This document shows, piece by piece, positions 57,101 to 64,000 of a stretch of DNA of 64,000 bases. Source of the stretch: Eledone cirrhosa. Lineage: Eukaryota. Within the stretch, counting starts at the first letter, position 1; every line of letters starts with the position of its first letter. The DNA is taken from contig OZ024741.1 in assembly GCA_964016885.1 (NCBI GenBank), positions 102,858,001 through 102,922,000 of the forward strand, read 5' to 3'. A program made the position numbers and the translations under genes. The notes under the pieces are model-generated. The model had not been told where the DNA came from and did not search any database. It worked only from the letters and a program-made list of their open reading frames with translations.

Positions 57101-59730
57101 GTCCCAGCGTGCATCTAAGATCCCGTTCCAGTCGCCCACTAACACTAAAGAGCGGGACGTTCCAAGAAAGGTCTCCAGACGCCGGAAGAAATCAGGCCGC
57201 CCTGCTCCTGTCGGGGCATAGACGGCCACTAGCCTGAAAGATTGTCCGTCTCCGCTGGTCACGTCCAGCACCACCAACTTACCCTCTGGGTCCAGGAAGA
57301 TGGCCCGTATGGCGAGATCCAAACCTCTCCGAAAAAGCACAGCAACTTCTCCCCCCGATCCCGGACGGCTGGGAGATGTGTACACATCGTAGCCGCCGAA
57401 GATCGGTGCGAAGGCCCGTGCTTCGGAGATTCTGGTCTCGCTGATGGCCACTACATCTATGTTTAGTGACCTGAGGTCGTTGAGCAGGTGGCCCTGCTTC
57501 CATGACGAGCCCATGCCACGCGCATTTATGCTGCCTATTCTGAGTGAGGTCATGTTGAAATGGAGTGGAAAAGATGGGAAAGACCACTTACCTTACTTCT
57601 CGTAGAGGAAGGATGGTTTCTCCATTCTTTTCACCGCTTGTGGCCTCCTCCGGAAGGATGTCCTTATAAATCCTCCTGGAGAGTGTTTGTCGGAAGTCTC
57701 CGATGTCTTTGGGGGAATTTTTGTTTTAGTGTCGTGTACGTTTTCTGTGTTATGCGAGTGATTTGTATGTGTGGAGGTGGTGTGAACTTTTGGGTTGTTG
57801 TGTAGTCTTTTTCTGTGATGCTGGTGTTGTGTTGCATGTAGTGTAATAATTGGTTGTTGTTCAAATTTAATGCTGTGTAGTGTGTATCGTTTTGGTTGTT
57901 TTGTTTTGTTTGCGTTTGTTGTGGGTTTGTTTCTGTTACGCTTTTTGGTGACTTTTGTGGTGTTGGTGATGGTGGTGTTGGGGTTAATGATGGGGATAGT
58001 GTTGGTGTTTGTGGTTATGGGGTTGGTGATGCTGGTGTGGATGGTGGCATATCTGTCCTAACTTTTTTGTTTGATAATTTATTTGTTTCCCTCTGTATTT
58101 TGTTTTTGGAGGGGGAAGGAAGAGAATTTTTTCTTTTTTGGTTTCTTTTTTTTTTTCGGATACCGTTTCCCACTCCTCGTCATCACAATCTGTCTCCAGT
58201 TGTGATAGGTCGGGGAATGGAAAATCCTCCACAGGCGTTAGTTTCGGTTGTGGCGTGGTGGATGGTGTAGGCGCTGGTGCTAGTTCTGGCGCGTTGGGTG
58301 GTGGTGTTGTTGGTTTTGCTACTGTTGCTGGGGTTGTTGCTGTTACAGTTGCTTCTGTTGTTGCTGCTACAGTTGTTGCTGCCATCTCTGCTGCTGGTGG
58401 TGTTGATGGTTGAGTCACTGGAGTGAGTAAGAGAGGTGGCCTCAACCTTTTAGCCTGAGGGCAGAAAGCCCTTAGGTGGGTTCCTTCACCACAAACGACA
58501 CACCTAGGCCTTCTGCCCTCGACGATTACGATTAGGTGGCTGCCGTCAGTGAGGTCTATCACCTCTGGGATCTACTCAATGCTTTTTTGGTCCGCTTGGA
58601 TCAGGAGCTCCATCCCAGATCTGGACCAGTTCTCCTGCTTTTCTTTCGCTATTTCGATTATCTTGGTGTTGTCCTCGATGCCGGCGAGGACGTCAGCCAT
58701 TAGCCAGGGAATTTCGATGGCCGGTGGAACGTGGGTCACCCTGATCTTCACGAGTCTCTGGCCACAATAGCTTGGGACGAGTGTGAAGTCGTCACTTCTT
58801 AATGGGGTCATGGAGTGTTCTCTGGCCTCTCAAAGAACACATCCACGGTTCCATATTTCTGCCCACGTCTGATGTGGGGTTTTTTTGCCCACACATGTCT
58901 CAAAGCTTTTTAGATTTGGGACTCGGATGCCCGTTCCACTCGGCGCGATTTCATGTTAATTGTCTGATAAGACACGGTGCATAGGCAACGATGCTCCATT
59001 TTATTAGGGGGGGGGGCTGACCAGCTTTCTTTACCATCTGTAACCATCTTTCTTTACCATTCTCTTGGCTTCTTCTAATTCCTCCTGAGTTACCTGGATC
59101 GCATCGCACGTTTTTGCTACTCTGGCAAAACTCAGGGTAGTTTTCTTAATTTCATTGTTGCTGTTGTTGTTATCGTTATTTTTGTTATTGTTAATTTTAG
59201 TTTCAGTTGTGGTGGTGGTGGCGTCAGTGGTGTTCGGTGTGGAAGATTTCATTTTGGTTGAATTCATTTCGATATCATGAGTTAATTTATTTTTTTCTTT
59301 TGTTTCTGTTGTCGCTGTGGTGGTGGTGGGGGTGGCGGCTTTAACACCTGCAGTCATTGGTAATGGCGGGAAATGAATGTCTGCCTGAGACAAATTTAAA
59401 ATATTGCTAATGCTTATATTTTTAGTGTTGGCAAACGTAGTAATATTTACAATGGTGGTGTCGGTGTGAGGTGTTAGTTTGTGAGGAAGGTGTGAATCTG
59501 AGTCGGCCATGATTTTTCAAAGAAAAATATTTTTTTTGTTTGATAATTATAAAAAGTTTAAATTTTGGGCTCAAGGCCCCAATCTTTTTGAGTGTCCTTT
59601 TCAGGAATCAATGTATGTGCACTTATATACAGTTAACAATAAAAAATTTCCATAAATGGCAATTTTAAACAACTGAAAATAACAAACCTTTGCGGAGCTC
59701 ACGATGATACGATTTACTACGTAGGTCGCC
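54186..59730 (-). mobile_element. Tx1-like element, diverged type-b copy b3 with internal deletions
   Basis: b-type 5' end GGCGACCTACGTAG and ORF1 (ATG 59510); deletions near 55318, 56872 and 58828; several frameshifts. Confidence 0.9.
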
Positions 59731-60789
59731 AATAATAATAATAATAATAACAATTCTCATCATAATCAATAGCATCTTAATTATTGCCAACATCATCTTC
59801 ATTCTCAGTTCTAGTACATCACCAGTTTACGACAAATATAAAAACAATAAAACAGAGGTAGTCACAATAACATACACATCACAAAACAACACAACAGCTC
59901 TAGTAGTAGCCACCCTAACAACCATAATACCATACAACTGCAGTAGTAGTCGAGTAACATGGACACAGAAAAACATGAAACTTTACTCCAGATTCCATAA
60001 AAAGCCCCAGTGGAATATCCAATAGTCAAAGCCAAAAAATATTGTTATTTTCCTCATACAATAAAAAAGGATCACTTTCTATTCTTTATATATATATATA
60101 TACAGAAAAGATTCTCTTTAACATAAATAGAACTCAACAATATAACCATAATAAGAAACATCGTTATAGAAAACGCAACAATCTGAAAGAAATAGATATT
60201 TTATTAAACGTTTTCTCTTTGTGTTATTTCGTTATTTTTACAAAATGCTTCTTATATATCATCTGATTCCTTTGTATTATTTTCGTTCATTTTTTTAATA
60301 TATATTTACTATATTTTCGTCTCATTTAATTTTCCATCTGTGTGTGTTTGTGCGTGAAGACTGGGGAAAACAGCGAACATTGTATTCAAGATATGTTGAC
60401 AAAACTGAATAATGGTGAGCATACTTACAGATTAGATTTTCTACAAACTTATGTAGTATATGCGAAATAGTAGGAGCGTTTGGAATATACAATTGATTGT
60501 GTATATGTTCATGGATATACCCCTCCCACGTATATATATATATATATATATAAGTTTGATTAAAATAAGAGGAGGCTGGACTGGTGATGTTCCTTAAAAT
60601 TTTATTGCTGTAAAAACTGTATATATATATATATATATATATATGTTAATGGCCTGGTTACGTAATATCCCGGTGACATCATCAGGTTCGGATTGCATAA
60701 TTGATTAATCAATGAAGGAATTACCGCATACACAAACAGAGAAAATATAGAAAAAATATTTGATTCGATGGCCTGCGACCTCGCCATTA

Positions 60790-61430
60790 TTGTGGTCTGC
60801 CCCTACCGAATTTCATTAGGCGCCTGGAAGCCTTTCTGGTAACGTCTTTCCCTTTACTATTAGTCGGGGACTGGAACGGCATCTTAGACGCACGCTGGGA
60901 TTGTATGGGTGTAGCTGATAGGTGCGAGAGTGCAAAAGCCTCAAATACCTGATCAGTCAGTTCCAACTGTCTGACAGGTACCGACTAGATTTCCCCAAAG
61001 CGCCAGTGTGGACCTGAACCAACCGTATAGCGTCATCTAGATCGTATATAGATAGGGTTTATTTTATTAGATCAGTAGATAAGGAGAGTATAGATTGTGT
61101 GTGCTTGTATCGCATGAGGTGGAGGTTGTCATGTGTAGACCTGGTCGGGATTACACAAGTTTGCGCCTCCCCTCGATGACAAGTGCCAACCTCTTCGCTA
61201 ACACCTTGGTGAAAAATCTTAAACTCTGTGTTTAGCAGATTTATGGGGTGGAAATTGTCTAACGAATCTGATTTTGTTATCGTTTTTCCTCACCAGCCTT
61301 ACTACAGCCCGGCCCACAGAACTGGCAGTACTCCCGTTGTGCTGCCAGTTGCAGTAGACCGTTTCTAGAAGATCAGAGAACAAGCCTGACATATCTACTT
61401 AAAACTCACAGGGCAGTCCTCCCAAACCGC
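60790..61430. pseudogene. Old Tx1-like ORF2 fragments in opposite orientations
   Basis: Plus ~60790-61100 resembles the APE segment (VGDWNGILDARWDC, LSDRYRLDFP, SSRSYIDRV). ~61105-61430 matches the minus-strand RT segment 27180-27510. Confidence 0.8.
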
Positions 61431-62330
61431 GTGGGCGCATGGGGGAGATGAAATTCGGTTCTAGATGCTAAACGCCTTAAATAGAGAAGGTATTGTCTGG
61501 CTGACACGTGCGTGCAGGTCAGGATTTCTGGAAAGTCACATAAACAATGGCAATAGGGTGTGATAAACCCAATCTTCAAAAAGAAAGATAAAGAGAGATT
61601 GTCCCAATTGTAGAAGGATCTCCTTGTTAAGCCTCCCCGGTAACGTCTATACTAAGTGTCTAGCAAAGAAATGTAATGTTATTATCAAGCTAGCTGACGA
61701 ACAGTGAGGTTTTCGCCCCGGACACAGCACAGCTGATCAACAATTCTGCGCCAGGTTTTTGAGAAATTGTGTGAGTATTGCCAAGAAGTATATGTTTGTT
61801 CCGTAGACCTCGAAAAGACCTTCGATTGAGTTCCACCAAACCTGTAGTGGAAAAGTCTATAAGAGTACAGCTTCTTGTTGCCCTGATGAATCTATACGAA
61901 TGTCCGAGTATTTGTGTTCGCATACATGGTGCAAAATCGAAACCTTTCAATGTGGGTGTTGTAGCTTGCCAGGGGTGCATACTCTCTCTCTCCTCTCCTG
62001 TTCATAATCTTCACGGGCAGGATTGACTAGCATAACCGGGTTATATGTGATATCATGTCTGGTGGGTATAGGATCCGTCGGCTGGAATTTGCAGGCGACA
62101 TTGTATTACTTAACTCGTCAGGAGGTAATCGCCGACATGCACTTGATGGGTTTGCTACCGAGTACTGCACGGCAAAAATGAAAATCAGTGCTACAAAAAC
62201 TGAAACATTTGTCCACTCAAGGAAGCCTATGCAGTACAATCTACATGTGAGTGGAGTTCCTCTGAAGCAGCCAAAATGGGGTTCATCCGAAGGGTCTTTG
62301 GAGTAATGTTGGTCAGAGAGACGCTTCAAG
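61430..62330 (+). pseudogene. Decayed RTE-clade (Rex3/Expander-like) RT fragment
   Basis: Frames give PIFKK.DKRDCPNCRRISLLSLPGNVY, GFRPGHSTADQ, VDLEKTFD, QGCILS and LEFAGD, with many stops. Confidence 0.7.
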
Positions 62331-62697
62331 TAGAACCACTCTTCTTTGAATTCAGAGATCACTGCTCCGATTCTATGGATATATGATTATTTTTTATTTT
62401 GCCCACGGACACAGTGTTCCACTTCATTTAGGTTACGAATCCATGATATTACGCTTCTGAGATCAGTACCGTTACCACTCGGCCGCTACTAATTCAATTA
62501 ATGATTGAATTTTTTCATATAAATATCTATTTTATCATGTCTAATACCATTCTATTTCAATGCATTAAGTAGGAAATCACACGTAAAATTCTCCTAACCT
62601 ACACATTCAATAAATTTGTAAAGCTTGGAATACCATTAAACTATTTCACTATAGAAAGAGAAGGGGATTGTGTGTGTGTGTTTGCTGGTGTGTGTGT

Positions 62698-62794
<97 letters not shown>

Positions 62795-64000
62795 AATCAA
62801 ATTTTAGTTTAGCAAATTTTATCTTGCTGAATTGCTGAAACTCCAAAACACTACAGGAAAACTAGCTCGATTGCATAAATGTTTTCTAATACATTTAAAA
62901 CTGATTTTCAATTTATAGAAATATTTAACTTATGTATAAATTTTATGCAATCAACTAAACATAAAATTGTTACCCTTTCAAAATATAATTATGCAATATC
63001 CACATAAGAAATGTAAATGAAGTTATCGGGTGCGAAATATGCCTTAAACACCAATAAATACAACATATAATTTGTATAACAATATATTTCATGTAATAAT
63101 CCAAAAGTGAGCGCTGAATCAGTCTACCAAATGCTTTTAAAAATGTAGCCACAAAGTTTCAAACTTGAAAACTTGAAGTAAATGTAAAGATTCTGCCATA
63201 CAAATCAATATGTGATGGAATCTGAAACAATCGTAAGAATGTCGGGAAAAGGTCATTTGGTATCTGTACTGGTTCTTTACGTTATGAGTTCAAATCCCAA
63301 GGAAGGAATTCAAAAGATGGAGCCAAAAAATTCTATATCACTAGTAGCAAACGGGCGGCTTGCCGATGGAAATTATGACAATCTAAATAAACAGTTATTT
63401 CTATATTATAGCAAATCCCTAATGTAATACTAGAGACATGCGTTTTTATACTACACGTTTTATACTACACTTAAAACTAGTATTGTTATCGTTATTGGAC
63501 TTCCATTAGTTTCCCCGATGTTGCAGCTGTTCGAACAACGGAACAGCCTTCTCAGTAAATTAACGTGGAAGTGACTGAGCATTTCATAGCCACAAACCCA
63601 CTTAACGTAGTTCTTGGGAAGGTTTAGGTTGACCCTTTGAATTACAGGTACAACTGATTTGAGTAACGTGATATATGTCTTACTCAAGGACTCAAAGTTC
63701 TGCCAAGAATCGAACACACTACACGCACCTTTATCAAAGCTGCTATAGATAAGATATATATCCCCCCCCCCCCCCCCACACACACAGAAGACGAGATCGT
63801 ATACATATGTAAATATACTCCAAATCTACAGTCAAACTAGAAAATAGAATCAAGTTTTCCCCTTGTAGTGGGTATTTTTGCTGTTGTTATGGTTCATAGC
63901 TGCACAGGTTTTGAACTTCCTTTTTTTTTTTTAAGATAGTGACATATTTCGTATCGTAAGAGAAAGCAATAGGGAGTCATTAATGCAATAAGAAAACGTA

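Larger units (their letters stand above)
11184..59750. mobile_element. Array of 11 (AAT)n-targeted non-LTR retrotransposons
   Basis: AAT tracts at 11184-11239, 16093-16136, 16934-16974, 21572-21592, 25178-25204, 31232-31261, 37153-37185, 43080-43112, 49137-49228, 54158-54185 and 59731-59750 coincide exactly with element termini. Confidence 0.95.

Noticed and set aside
23542-58984. Recurrent antisense ORFs over the Tx1 elements (e.g. 29238-29879, 26482-26991)
   Set aside because: They are shadows of the coding strand, repeated only because the elements repeat, and carry no domain motifs.
11184-59750. CRISPR-like or telomeric reading of the repeat-spacer layout
   Set aside because: The spacers are multi-kb retrotransposons, the repeat is simple AAT rather than a telomeric unit, and ordinary DNA flanks both sides.

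Overview
AT-rich animal genomic DNA with no recognisable host protein-coding gene. The SINE-like repeats resemble octopod cephalopod SINEs as I remember them, so the taxon is tentative. The dominant structure is a ~48.5 kb array (11184-59750) of 11 non-LTR retrotransposons. Each is bounded by short (AAT)n tracts except at one deletion junction (~23532), so the array appears to have grown inside a single AAT microsatellite. Two unrelated clades share this target in strictly opposite orientations. Five R4/Dong-like elements (one RT-RLE ORF; families A and B) lie on +, and six Tx1/L1-like elements (ORF1 zinc knuckle plus APE-RT ORF2; ORF1 types a and b) lie on -. One copy of each clade looks intact (Dong A1, Tx1 a2). 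Most interesting observations: (1) the two divergent Dong families share a 5' leader that also resembles the Tx1 5' UTR, suggesting promoter-module exchange across clades; (2) the Tx1 types share ORF2 but carry different 5'UTR/ORF1 modules; (3) the Tx1 ORF1 stop sits inside a perfect GTAAGT donor whose use would fuse ORF1 to ORF2 in frame; (4) a pseudoknotted RNA with a compensatory base change lies upstream of the Dong ORF; (5) both Dong B copies share the same stop codons, suggesting trans-mobilisation. The flanks hold decayed RTE-type LINEs (one with a twin-priming inversion), SINEs, a TA-flanked MITE, foldback repeats, a tRNA-like sequence, a hammerhead ribozyme motif and microsatellites. 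Similarity statements are by eye, not computed.
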